Shown here: positions 28,217-38,210 of the stretch, piece after piece | How positions within the stretch are numbered: the first letter of the stretch is position 1 | Layout of the letters: each line of letters starts with the position of its first letter | From: Candidatus Anstonellales archaeon | GTDB lineage: Archaea > Micrarchaeota > Micrarchaeia > Anstonellales > J096 | NCBI GenBank assembly: GCA_038890745.1 | Contig: JAWAFD010000001.1 | Coordinates: forward strand, 32,001 to 96,000 | DNA: 64,000 bases | Reading direction: 5' to 3' | Program-made: the position numbers and the translations under genes | The notes under the pieces: model-generated | What the model saw: the letters and a program-made list of their open reading frames with translations, nothing else | The model's database searches: none | Told to the model about the DNA's origin: nothing

Positions 28217-29352
28217 GGATTTGTGGTCATTAACTTATAAAGGCCTATTTCTCGCTCTATCCAAGCTCTCTTGCTAAACTCCTGGATGGCAATTTTTCTA
28301 TTTATCTTCCCTATCTTTCTCACCAATTTTTTATTTTTAATTATTCGTTCCATTGCATTTGCAAGAGCAGTTGGATCTTTTGCTGGAACGATAAAACCAT
28401 TTACGTTATTTTTTATTATTTCAGAAGACCATTCAATATCAGCTGCAACTATCGGAAGCCCGCAAGACATTCCCTCAATTATAGTAAACCCTCCAAGGAG
28501 GGGAACAACCAGCGCCAAAGAACGATTAAGATAAATGGGTAATTCACTGTGTTTTACATATCCCTTAAATTTAACCATTTTTTGCAATCTTTCATTTTTA
28601 ACCAAATACTCCAAGCTCCTTCTCTCAGTACCATCCCCACATATCATAATTTTGAATTTATGGCCTTTATTGGCAAGTATTTTCGCGGCTTTGATCAGAT
28701 ACTCCGCGCCTTTTGATTTTTCTAGTCTCCCGACAAAAATAAAAGTATTTTTTTTATTTGTTTTTTTTGGCTTGAATAGTTCCGTATCGACAAAATTTCT
28801 ATGCATAACTATCTTGCTTCCTACGCGCGGAGCAATGGAAAGAACATATTTTTTCACATGGTGGCTGATCACTGGGATTACTACTGAATTCTCATAAACT
28901 TTCCTTTCAAGAAGATCTAACAACCAACCAAGCATGCGATATTTGCTATTTTCTATTTTTTCTACTGTCTTTCTGTCCATATGAGCCGAACAGATGTAAG
29001 GAACACCGGTCAATTTCTTTATAAAATAGGCAATAACCCCACTCGTATGCGGAGCCATTGCCCTAACAACAGATATGTTATATTTTTTAGTTAGCAAATA
29101 AGCATAATACACATCTAAAAGCATGCTTAAGAGGCGAGGAAGATTTTTGTTTTTGCTGGTGTGGACGAAGATATTTTTGCCGAGATAGTATTCTCGGTTA
29201 TCTCTAGGGGAGTAGATATGAACTTCATTAAATATCTGTAATTGGGCCTTAAACATCGTTTCCAGTATATCAAGATGGCCTATGTCTATCTGTTCCTGAA
29301 GAGGATAACCAAGAACCACAAGGATGTTTTTTTTCATTTGAATCTGCTCCAT
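28213..29352 (-). CDS. Glycosyltransferase family 4
   Basis: FVGRLEKSKG and IEGMSCGLPIV. Confidence 0.88.
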   Translation of the reverse strand: MEQIQMKKNILVVLGYPLQEQIDIGHLDILETMFKAQLQIFNEVHIYSPRDNREYYLGKNIFVHTSKNKNLPRLLSMLLDVYYAYLLTKKYNISVVRAMAPHTSGVIAYFIKKLTGVPYICSAHMDRKTVEKIENSKYRMLGWLLDLLERKVYENSVVIPVISHHVKKYVLSIAPRVGSKIVMHRNFVDTELFKPKKTNKKNTFIFVGRLEKSKGAEYLIKAAKILANKGHKFKIMICGDGTERRSLEYLVKNERLQKMVKFKGYVKHSELPIYLNRSLALVVPLLGGFTIIEGMSCGLPIVAADIEWSSEIIKNNVNGFIVPAKDPTALANAMERIIKNKKLVRKIGKINRKIAIQEFSKRAWIEREIGLYKLMTTNP

Positions 29353-29439
29353 GCAACTATGGAGAAAGTAGATTTAAAAGTATTATTGAGCTAATGTATT
29401 AAAGTTTTGCTACTATAATACAAAAAAAGTGATTGCAGT

Positions 29440-29610
29440 ATGGAATTAAAGATATCAAAATCACCTTTGCTAGATGCCTCAAAAAGCGATGAGCTATTGC
29501 GGACGCTGCCGGGCGCAACAATTTATCAAACGGTTTCATTTGCTGAATCATTAAAAAGAAACAATTTTTTTGATACCAGGTATATCTATGTTTTAGAGCT
29601 AGATTTATGA
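29440..29610 (+). pseudogene. Truncated remnant of a FemAB-like GNAT gene (N-terminus only)
   Basis: MELKISKSPLLDASKSDELLRTLPGATIYQTVSFA...* parallels WDGFLLNNPYATFYQSYNFA of 32018..33031 and stops after 56 aa. Confidence 0.45.
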
Positions 29611-29711
29611 GTGCTTTCGCCCATCAGTTTTCTCTAGTGGGAAAATAATGAAAGCGGACATATGTTCGGTATACAGAAACTGGCATAAGTTGGGCTACGG
29701 TACATTTAAAT

Positions 29712-30245
29712 TTATGAATCTAGAAGTTTGCTCTTGCTAAGAATAAAAATCGGGCCACCAAAAACTACAGAACATGCATCTTTATTTAGTCTGTATAGTA
29801 TTTTGAACATCCAAGAATGTAGTTCTCCAAGAAACGTGTTTGTTTGGATTATTTCCGTATAGTCCGGATAATATATTTTAAGTGGTTCGAAAAACCTCCC
29901 TACGAGGCTTATGGCTTCACTTTGCGTATAATCCCTAACATGCCCTGATGGATGTGCACGCCCGGGTGCGGCACGTCTTCCCAGTAAAATCTGCAACTTC
30001 ACATAGTACGCATTTTCTATGGGGATCTTGAAAACCCCATACCGACAATTCGTGGCGCATTTTTCCATGAACTTTTCATCATCCTCAATATGCTCCAGAA
30101 CGTCGGAGAATATCAATAAATCATGCGGTTTAACTGGCAGGGATGTAAAGTCCCCGTGGACAAAAGTTATGTTGGGGTAGATTTTCTTGCCTACATCAAC
30201 ATATGGTTTGGCCAACTCATAATTAGTTGCCTTCCTTATTCCTAG
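29712..30245 (-). pseudogene. C-terminal part of a class I SAM methyltransferase, separated from its N-terminus by a frameshift
   Basis: FVHGDF and DLLIFSDVLEHIEDD; motif I (IAEVGGADG) lies in the upstream ORF in another frame. Confidence 0.75.
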
Positions 30246-30907
30246 TTTTTGGTCATAATCGAAAGACCATAACCATCCGCCCCGCCGACTTCAGCTATGC
30301 TTTCTATCTTTTCTTTATTTAGTTTTTCCTTAATCATATCAACAAAAGTTAGATAATTCCACTCTTGTATTTTTCTATCCTGGCTAGAAATATTTTTCGC
30401 AGCATAGGAATCATAATCGAATCTTACCTTTTTTTCAACCGTAGACATTCGGATGTTATTTCTTACTTTTTTGAATTTTGCTGGTACCCCAACCCACAAC
30501 TCGTTGCGGCCTATTTTTGTATTTTCGGTTACAACTGCACCTGCGCCGATGACTGAATCATCACCAATTGTTACACCTTGTAATATTACTGACTTCGCGC
30601 CAATCACGCATCTTTCACCTATAATAACATCTTTGCTTTGTTTACCTACAGAAAACGCATAGATTATTGAATCTGTTCCAATTGCGCTTTCCCTTCCTAT
30701 TATTATTTTTGAATCTGGTGTAGCATATAGTCGTACACCTTCACCTATTTTAGCGTCCTCACCCAGTATTATATTTTCCGGACATTCTACTTTGACACTA
30801 GGTTGAACTTGGCCTAGGTACTTATAGATAAACAACCATTTGCCTATCTGTTGTTTCAAACGGTCCAAAATAAATAATGATCTTTTTGTTTTAATCATCC
30901 TCACCAC
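30242..30907 (-). CDS. Hexapeptide acyltransferase fused to the N-terminus of a methyltransferase
   Basis: Beta-helix repeats and WVGVPAKF, then ...IAEVGGADGYG, with a stop right after an A5 tract. Confidence 0.8.
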   Translation of the reverse strand: MVRMIKTKRSLFILDRLKQQIGKWLFIYKYLGQVQPSVKVECPENIILGEDAKIGEGVRLYATPDSKIIIGRESAIGTDSIIYAFSVGKQSKDVIIGERCVIGAKSVILQGVTIGDDSVIGAGAVVTENTKIGRNELWVGVPAKFKKVRNNIRMSTVEKKVRFDYDSYAAKNISSQDRKIQEWNYLTFVDMIKEKLNKEKIESIAEVGGADGYGLSIMTKN

Positions 30908-30913
30908 CCTAGT

Positions 30914-31954
30914 TTAAAGCCATCCTAGCTGTTTGTATACGGTTATTATTTTTTTTACTATGTTCCTTTTATTATGGTACTTATTCAACCATTTCTGACT
31001 TTTCTCACCAATCTCAAGTATGTCTATCTCACAAAGTTTTATCAATATATTATAAATCTCATCTTCATTTTTTGCATCCAAGACTGGCGGTACGGATCTG
31101 TATAATTTTTGATGTAATTTCTCATTAATGTAAGCTATTACGGGTTTTCCGAGAGCCATCGCCTCCAGCGATGTTAAACCCATAGCGCCAAGCACAAATT
31201 GATCTGCGATTATATCAGCAGATAAATACGCATTTAGTAATTCTTCACGTTCCATGACTCCTACAAAAACTACATCTTTAATCTTTTTGCAAATTTCCTT
31301 GGCCTTGTCTTTGTCAACACCCCAATCTACAAAAATGAGTGTTCCTTTCCCACCCCTGCTCTTATAAAGCATAAACGCTCTGATAAGGCGATCCTGGCCT
31401 TTTATCTCAAAATCCAGTCTGGATGGGCAAAAAATTATCGGTTTTTCATATTCTTCGAAAAAATTCTTAGGATTTTTTTGTTTGTGAAAATCCACGCTAA
31501 TTATCTGTGGAATGAACACAGCCTTGTCAACGAGTGAAAAATTTTCTATGTCATGATATAGGTGTACATTGGAAAAAAATATTTTTTCGCACTTTTCTAG
31601 ACTTTTTCGCATTAAAAATCCATCCACGCTATTTCTATATGCTAATTCATGCAGGTCACTTCCAGTTGCATAAACGATAAATGGTTTGAATAAAAATTGA
31701 AGAAACACCGAGGACCCCGCATACGTTTGAAAACAGTCATACTGCGTTGCCAGTCTGGTTAAATCTAAAAGTTTATCTTTGATTGTATATTTTTCGTAGG
31801 CGTATACCCACTCTTCGTTATTATATGGTTTTTCTGCTTGATCCGATATACCGCCAATATAAAGATCTATATTGAGACCTGCAGCTCTTAGTTCTTTAAC
31901 ATATGTATACGGCACATTAGCCAAATTTTTCCCAACATGCGCAATTTTCTTCAT
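30914..31954 (-). CDS. Glycosyltransferase (GT4-like)
   Basis: SRLDFEIKG and DQFVLGAMGLTSLEAMALGKPV. Confidence 0.88.
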   Translation of the reverse strand: MKKIAHVGKNLANVPYTYVKELRAAGLNIDLYIGGISDQAEKPYNNEEWVYAYEKYTIKDKLLDLTRLATQYDCFQTYAGSSVFLQFLFKPFIVYATGSDLHELAYRNSVDGFLMRKSLEKCEKIFFSNVHLYHDIENFSLVDKAVFIPQIISVDFHKQKNPKNFFEEYEKPIIFCPSRLDFEIKGQDRLIRAFMLYKSRGGKGTLIFVDWGVDKDKAKEICKKIKDVVFVGVMEREELLNAYLSADIIADQFVLGAMGLTSLEAMALGKPVIAYINEKLHQKLYRSVPPVLDAKNEDEIYNILIKLCEIDILEIGEKSQKWLNKYHNKRNIVKKIITVYKQLGWL

Positions 31955-32017
31955 TGTAACCAGATATATTTGTTACTTACTAAACTTTTTAAAAATGATA
32001 CTAGCTAAAATCTTTTT

Positions 32018-33031
32018 ATGAAGATTCTAAATATTAATAACGTTAATAAAAAAGAGTGGGATGGTTTTTTATTGAACAATCCTTATGCTACTTTCTATCA
32101 GTCCTATAATTTTGCTATTTTAAATAAAAAATTACTTAATTTAGAACCGTCATTTATTAAATTTGAAGATGAGTCTGGTACCACCATTGGACAACTCTTG
32201 CTGCTACTTGGCAAGAATTTCACTCTTACTCGCCATAGCATCTTGGAAGGCTTCTCTCTTTTCCTAACCAAAAGAGTAGTTCCATTTGTCTACTGGCTTG
32301 ACGGTCCCATCTGCAGTGAAGGAAAGATGGGGCCAATAATAGATCAACTTGACCTCTACTGCAAAAAACGAGGTTTTGTAGTCAAGAATGCTGTATTACC
32401 AACTATTGCTGCTTCTTTGGAAGAAAAATTAAGAGAGATGCATTTTCAAATCAGAAAAAATAGCACCTTTATTGTGGATCTAAATAAAACCGAAGATGAA
32501 GCATTCTCTTCACTTACGAAAAAAGCTCGATGGGCCGTAAGGAAAGCTCAAGAAAAAGGCGTGGTCGTTCGATTAGCAGAAGACGATGACTTGGAAGATT
32601 ACTACGAATTACTCATCTCCTGGAAAAAAAGTATCGGTCTTAGTACCTATATTAGCTACCAACAACTCAAGAAGCAATGGCAGCTTCTTCATCCTGAAAA
32701 CATGCAGGTCTTTCTAGCGTATTGGAATAGAAAACTCGTGGCCGCTATGGGTCTTCTATACTTCAATGGCAATATGATTGAAGTAATGTCCGCCCAATCC
32801 GATGTCAATAAGCAAAACAAACTTTTTGCAGGTTATATTCTAAAATGGAGTATCATCCGATGGGGAATAAAAAATTCAATGAAAACCTATGACCTTGCAG
32901 GAGTGAATCCAAGGCCAGATGCCACCGAAAAAGAAAAAGCAATTTATCAATTCAAGTCTAAGTGGGGTGGGCTGCTAACTGAAAAATTAGTGCTAACAAA
33001 AAATTATTCTCATCTTCCGTTCATAAAGTAG
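32018..33031 (+). CDS. FemAB-like GNAT-fold aminoacyl/acyl transferase
   Basis: WDGFL...FYQS, TFIVDL, KARWAVRKA, YDLAG and IYQFKSKWGG. Confidence 0.85.
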   Translation: MKILNINNVNKKEWDGFLLNNPYATFYQSYNFAILNKKLLNLEPSFIKFEDESGTTIGQLLLLLGKNFTLTRHSILEGFSLFLTKRVVPFVYWLDGPICSEGKMGPIIDQLDLYCKKRGFVVKNAVLPTIAASLEEKLREMHFQIRKNSTFIVDLNKTEDEAFSSLTKKARWAVRKAQEKGVVVRLAEDDDLEDYYELLISWKKSIGLSTYISYQQLKKQWQLLHPENMQVFLAYWNRKLVAAMGLLYFNGNMIEVMSAQSDVNKQNKLFAGYILKWSIIRWGIKNSMKTYDLAGVNPRPDATEKEKAIYQFKSKWGGLLTEKLVLTKNYSHLPFIK

Positions 33032-33033
33032 TT

Positions 33034-33693
33034 TTATAGTTTTTTCATTTTGACATAAATGCCTCTACCAAACATATTTGTAAATGGGATATTTGTTAGG
33101 AGATCTAGTATCTGATTAATGTATGGAATCCAAGCGACCCATGCACTTGGTAATATCAATGGATTGTATGTAATAAATTCCTCAACTTCTAATCCGTGCT
33201 TCAAAATTAAGGCGCGCAATTCCCAGGGGAAAAAAGTGTTATTAAAGAAGTAATAAATGTGCAGTCTATTTGGGGTTGTTAAATAGAGTGTTCCGCCTTT
33301 TTTTAATACGCGAACAGCCTCGGCTATTCTTGCATTGCACTCATTTATTGGTATTCCTTCTATCATATTAACCAATAAAACTACGTCAAATGAATTTGTT
33401 TTGTAAGGCAATTTTTTCGCATCGGCCACTCTGAAAACGCCACCAGGTATCTCTTTTTTTGCCATTGTGATTAATTCCGGAGAGATATCTATTCCGTACT
33501 TTTTATTGCTGTTATCTATGAATCTGAGTATCACGCCGATATTACAACCAATATCCAGTACTCGTTTATTCCTTAGGTTGCTCAATTTTTTTATGAGTAA
33601 GAATCTAACATCTAGATCGTCGCCCCAGTAATTCTTTGGGTTTTTGTTCATCCAATAATCTTTTATTTTTTGGCAATACCTATCCATCTCCAT
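33034..33693 (-). CDS. Class I SAM-dependent methyltransferase
   Basis: VLDIGCNIG, GIDIS, LPYKTNSFDVV and RVLKKGG...TTPN. Confidence 0.92.
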   Translation of the reverse strand: MEMDRYCQKIKDYWMNKNPKNYWGDDLDVRFLLIKKLSNLRNKRVLDIGCNIGVILRFIDNSNKKYGIDISPELITMAKKEIPGGVFRVADAKKLPYKTNSFDVVLLVNMIEGIPINECNARIAEAVRVLKKGGTLYLTTPNRLHIYYFFNNTFFPWELRALILKHGLEVEEFITYNPLILPSAWVAWIPYINQILDLLTNIPFTNMFGRGIYVKMKKL

Positions 33694-33703
33694 CCACTCA
33701 AAT

Positions 33704-34516
33704 CTATTTTGAATAATTTGATCGTTTTAGCAACTGCTCAAGTTTTTTCGTGTTTTCTATTTTTAAATTAATAAGGTTTCTTTCTTTAATATCGCAGGGA
33801 TCAAAATAGAGGTTAAGATGGAGATCCTCTTTCTTGAAAAGGTCAGTTAAGTGATTAAACAAATTATCGAACTCATTTTCGCTATGACCACCTCTGCGAA
33901 ATGAATGATATGTGTCAAACGCTGTGAACGGGTGTTTTGGGCAGATTGCTATTGGAAATTCGATTATTCCCTCTTTTGTCTTGTATGGATATGGTTTTTC
34001 TGCATCTACCGCCAAACAAGAAGAAGAAAAAGAATAACCAGCTTCAATAAGTAATGGGTAGAGGCTAACATCAAACTGAGAACCAAAATGTGGCAACCTA
34101 AATCCCTTCATTTTAAAACCAGTAATCTTCTTAACAACCTCATGGCATTTTGTTATCTCATACAGTTGTTCTTTCCGGTTTAATTGTTTCCAGTACCTTG
34201 GATTAAGCTCTTCATGGTTTGGATGGCTGTAGGTATGATTTAGTAGGCCATGGCCTTCATCAACAATCCGCTTGTATATTTTTGGGTACTGCTCTACCCA
34301 CTTTCCTACAACTGCAAAATCAAACTTTATTTTATCATAGGATGATGCAAAATCCAAAATTTCTGGTATTTTTTTATGATCCTCTCTTGAATCAACATCG
34401 AAAGAAATTGAAACAGCAAATTTCTTCCATCTGGCATATTTGTAAACCTGCTCGAAGATAAATTCGCCGAAGCATCTGTTGAAAAATGCTCTGAGGAATC
34501 TATTTTTTATCTTCAT
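33704..34516 (-). CDS. Polysaccharide deacetylase (CE4/NodB)
   Basis: ISFDVD, NHTYSHP and GFRLPH. Confidence 0.85.
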   Translation of the reverse strand: MKIKNRFLRAFFNRCFGEFIFEQVYKYARWKKFAVSISFDVDSREDHKKIPEILDFASSYDKIKFDFAVVGKWVEQYPKIYKRIVDEGHGLLNHTYSHPNHEELNPRYWKQLNRKEQLYEITKCHEVVKKITGFKMKGFRLPHFGSQFDVSLYPLLIEAGYSFSSSCLAVDAEKPYPYKTKEGIIEFPIAICPKHPFTAFDTYHSFRRGGHSENEFDNLFNHLTDLFKKEDLHLNLYFDPCDIKERNLINLKIENTKKLEQLLKRSNYSK

Positions 34517-35639
34517 AAAAATTCACCAAAGAGTTTTCAAGCTTCTTGGCTAGGATCTTCCAATCATATCTTTTTACATACTCCTTCGCATTTTTTTCTA
34601 TTCTCATCTTATCTCTTCTTTTCATTTTATAAATTTGATATATTTTTTCTGAAATGTCTCTTGGGTTCATAGGTTCTGCAACAATGCAGGCTCTGCTTTC
34701 TTTAGCTATTCTTTTTAAAACTGGTATTTTGGTGACAACGCAAGGTTTCCCAATTGCAAGGTATTCTATTATTTTTAATGGTAGGTTTGTTCTAAACTCC
34801 CTCCCAGAAGGGAATGGAGCAACTAAAACATCACAACAGGAAAGTTTTTTGTATAGTTTTCTCTGCAGTATAAATCCAGTAAAGATAATCTTATCCTGGA
34901 TCCCAAGTTTACGGGAAAGAATTTCTAGTTTCTTTCTTTCTCTCCCATCACCAAAAATTAATAACTGTGAATTTTTCATTTTTTTAAGGAAATAATAGAA
35001 AGCTTCTATCAGATAGGAAACGCCATGCTGGGGAGTAAGAGAACCCGAAAAACCAATCAAAAACAGGTGTTTTGTTTTTTTATGACATCTGAATTTTGAT
35101 AAATATCTTATATCTGCACCATTCTCAACCACAACAACATTTTTGTTGTATTTCTTTATATATGACTTCATCTCTGGGCTTGTAGCGATTACAAAATCAG
35201 CAATTAGGTACATGCATTTTTCATACGCGCCATAGATAGGGTTTGATGCTATATCGTGCACATCCAGTATCAATGGTTTGTTTAAAATCTTAGACAAAAA
35301 GAATGCTTCTATACCCACGCAATGGAATGGATGGAATTCTGCGATTATTATATCTGAATTTTTAGATTCCTGTAAAGCTGTAAAAAAACGAAATGGCAGA
35401 AAAAATCTTGTAAAAAAATGGAACGGAGCTATGCAAGGGGAGTAAATTATTTGAAGGTTTCCAAGTCTACGTTTTATGGTTTTTAAAGATAGGGTTTTTT
35501 GTGTAATTATTTTAATTTTATGTTTATTCGACAATCTTTTGTAGAGTTGGTATATTCTCCATTCAGCGCCGTAGCCTTTTTGTATAATTTTCCCTCTTTC
35601 GTAGGGAAAAAAATATCTGGTGAGAACTGCGATCTTCAT
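34500..35639 (-). CDS. Glycosyltransferase family 4
   Basis: FSGSLTPQHG and PLKIIEYLAIGKP. Confidence 0.9.
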   Translation of the reverse strand: MKIAVLTRYFFPYERGKIIQKGYGAEWRIYQLYKRLSNKHKIKIITQKTLSLKTIKRRLGNLQIIYSPCIAPFHFFTRFFLPFRFFTALQESKNSDIIIAEFHPFHCVGIEAFFLSKILNKPLILDVHDIASNPIYGAYEKCMYLIADFVIATSPEMKSYIKKYNKNVVVVENGADIRYLSKFRCHKKTKHLFLIGFSGSLTPQHGVSYLIEAFYYFLKKMKNSQLLIFGDGRERKKLEILSRKLGIQDKIIFTGFILQRKLYKKLSCCDVLVAPFPSGREFRTNLPLKIIEYLAIGKPCVVTKIPVLKRIAKESRACIVAEPMNPRDISEKIYQIYKMKRRDKMRIEKNAKEYVKRYDWKILAKKLENSLVNFYEDKK

Positions 35640-35643
35640 TTTC

Positions 35644-36678
35644 TCACTCTATCTTTGATTTAAGGATTTTAATTATTCTTTTAGCAGTTTTTCCATCTCC
35701 ATATGGATTCTTAGCTCTTCTCATGCGCGCCCCAAGGTCGCCTTCGATTATCTGTTTTGCGTAAAAATTAATGAGTAGGGGGTCTAGGCCAACAACAAAA
35801 TTTCCCCCATTAATTACAGTTTCCCATCTTTCTGTACTCTCCCTTAGAGTGAGACATGGGATGTGCAGGGTAATTGCTTCTTCTTGTACGCCACCAGAAT
35901 CTGTAAGTACAAGCTGAGCCCCTTTTAGCAAGGATAAAAATTCTAGATAACCAACGGGTTTTATGAGCTTTACATTTTTTGGTATTTTAAACTGGAATTT
36001 TTTTATATTTTTCATTGTGCGTGGATGAATTGGGTAGATAACTTTTGGAAATTGAGACAATGCATCTAGTATTTTCATAAGCCTTCTTGGATAATCAACA
36101 TTTTCTTGCCTATGTGCTGTAACTAAAATATATTTTCCTTTGTGTGGTTTAACCCTTTTGGAATATTTTAGACAGGCATCGACAACGAGATTGCCAACTA
36201 CAAAAACATTTTTTCTTATTCCTTCTTTTGCCAATTGTTTTCTGCATAATTCAGTTGGAGCAAAAAGGATATCAGAGCGATGGTCCGTTTCAACACGGTT
36301 TCTTTCTTCAGGCATTCTTTCATCATAACTTCTCAATCCTGCTTCGAAATGGATCAGTTTTTTCCCTAATCTTTTTGCAGCTCTGGCACTCGCAAGGGTT
36401 GAATTCGTATCGCCGTAAACTGCGATATACTGTGAGGTGTCTTTTCTAAGAGTCTGGTAGGTGCTCAACTCGAGTTTTCTTATGTTGGATGTCTTTAGTT
36501 TAAGAAAAGTATCCGGTCGTCTGATTCTAAGTTCATCAAAAAACACATCCACCATATCCTTGGAATAATGCTGAGAGGTAAAAATCAATGTGTGGTTAAA
36601 ATACTTATCGAGAAGTGGGATAAGTGGCGCCATTTTTACTATCTCTGGCCTTGTACCAATAATCGTGGTTATTTGCAT
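35644..36678 (-). CDS. wecB: Non-hydrolysing UDP-GlcNAc 2-epimerase family (WecB/WbpI-like)
   Basis: GTRPEIVK, GDTNS, HFEAGLRS, PEERNR, HRQEN and TDSGGVQEEA. Confidence 0.9.
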   Translation of the reverse strand: MQITTIIGTRPEIVKMAPLIPLLDKYFNHTLIFTSQHYSKDMVDVFFDELRIRRPDTFLKLKTSNIRKLELSTYQTLRKDTSQYIAVYGDTNSTLASARAAKRLGKKLIHFEAGLRSYDERMPEERNRVETDHRSDILFAPTELCRKQLAKEGIRKNVFVVGNLVVDACLKYSKRVKPHKGKYILVTAHRQENVDYPRRLMKILDALSQFPKVIYPIHPRTMKNIKKFQFKIPKNVKLIKPVGYLEFLSLLKGAQLVLTDSGGVQEEAITLHIPCLTLRESTERWETVINGGNFVVGLDPLLINFYAKQIIEGDLGARMRRAKNPYGDGKTAKRIIKILKSKIE

Positions 36679-36737
36679 ACGATATTGATGGGAAGAGAAT
36701 ATTTTAAAACTATCCTTGTTTAGTTAGATAGAGAATT

Positions 36738-38210
36738 ATGAGTTTTGTGAAAGATACGATGTGGGGCAGCATGACTGCTTTTGCTTCAAGGGCGCTTAAT
36801 TTTTTGTTCCAAATAATCATACTCTGGCTGCTCATACCTGAAGATGCGGCCGCGTACTTTATTGCATTGTCTGTTTCCTATCTTTTGCTTTTACCCACTA
36901 CATATTTGCTATCTCCAATAGTTGCAAGGTACATACCGTATTACGAAGGAAAAGGAGAAAGAAAAAAATCAAAGACAATATTTATAACAAGCATAGTTTT
37001 CTCGGTGTTTTTTGGTCTGCTGGCTTTGGTTTTGCTTTTTGGTATGGAGGATGTTGTCGGAAGCATCTACACGGTGTTAAGCGGGAAAATACTTTTTGTA
37101 GGGCTTATAACATTTGCGATGAGTATATGGACGGAGATATATGATAATTTATTTGCACATTTTCTTTTCAAAGAAAATTTTTATGCAAACATGATTCAAT
37201 CGCTGGTAAAATTAGGAGGCGTTGCTTTAATCTTTTTAATTGGAATGGATATGAATTTTGAATGGGTCGCTATTGTTACTATTTTGTCCCTTCTGATATC
37301 ATCATTCTACGGTTTTATCAAACTGCACAGATTAAACACGCCGTATGAACTGGAGTTTTTCAATATGAAGGAGATACTCAGCAAATTAAAATTCTCACTC
37401 TCAGGTTCAATCATGTATGCAAAAAGCCTTTCTTTGACTTGGTTGGACACGAATATATTGGGATACTACAATCCGGCAAGGGATGTAAGTGGGTACAACG
37501 CAACCGCAGGAATCGCAAGAAATTTCATTAACATAATCACCTCTTCTTTGAGTTCTGCTGTTCTTCCGCATGTTTCTAAAAAAATAGGCAAGGGAGAGAA
37601 TGGAGAATTTATTTTTAGGGAAATAACCCGCGCAGGGATATACGTAGCCATTTTCGCTACTATTCTGCTTGCCCTGCTTTCGAACGAGATAACTGCTCTT
37701 TTTTTCCCAAAATACACGGACTACTCTTCACTCATAACACTTAATGCGATAGGTTTCGTGGCTTTTTCTCTTTCGTCCATATTCCGATCGTTTATAATGG
37801 CACTAAGATGGGCTAAACCGCTTTTCTATATCGCTGTTTTTTCAATCGTAGCAAGTGTAGTATTATATTTCACTCTTATTCCCATTTACGGTGTGGTGGG
37901 CGCGGTTGCTGCTACCATAACGGTATATATAATCGAGTTGGCTATAAGCGCATATTACGTTTCAAAAGAGTATAGGTTAGTGTACCGAGATATAATTAAA
38001 CCCATAGCGAGTGGTATTGCTGTTCTCCTATCCGCATTTTTGGTGTATCAAATATTTTACCCGTGGAATTTCATAATAAGATTGGTTTTAGTATCTTTTA
38101 CCGCAACAATCATGTTCGTAGCATGCATAGTTTTATTTGAAAATGACTGGGTAAGAATGATCTGGAAAAAAGTCAAATCAATTAAAACCTTTCCCCTCAA
38201 ACCAAACTGA
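36738..38210 (+). CDS. Oligosaccharide flippase (Wzx/AglR-like)
   Basis: About 13 TM segments, VARYIP, LDTNILG and LIPIYGVVGAVAAT; located in the glycan cluster. Confidence 0.88.
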   Translation: MSFVKDTMWGSMTAFASRALNFLFQIIILWLLIPEDAAAYFIALSVSYLLLLPTTYLLSPIVARYIPYYEGKGERKKSKTIFITSIVFSVFFGLLALVLLFGMEDVVGSIYTVLSGKILFVGLITFAMSIWTEIYDNLFAHFLFKENFYANMIQSLVKLGGVALIFLIGMDMNFEWVAIVTILSLLISSFYGFIKLHRLNTPYELEFFNMKEILSKLKFSLSGSIMYAKSLSLTWLDTNILGYYNPARDVSGYNATAGIARNFINIITSSLSSAVLPHVSKKIGKGENGEFIFREITRAGIYVAIFATILLALLSNEITALFFPKYTDYSSLITLNAIGFVAFSLSSIFRSFIMALRWAKPLFYIAVFSIVASVVLYFTLIPIYGVVGAVAATITVYIIELAISAYYVSKEYRLVYRDIIKPIASGIAVLLSAFLVYQIFYPWNFIIRLVLVSFTATIMFVACIVLFENDWVRMIWKKVKSIKTFPLKPN

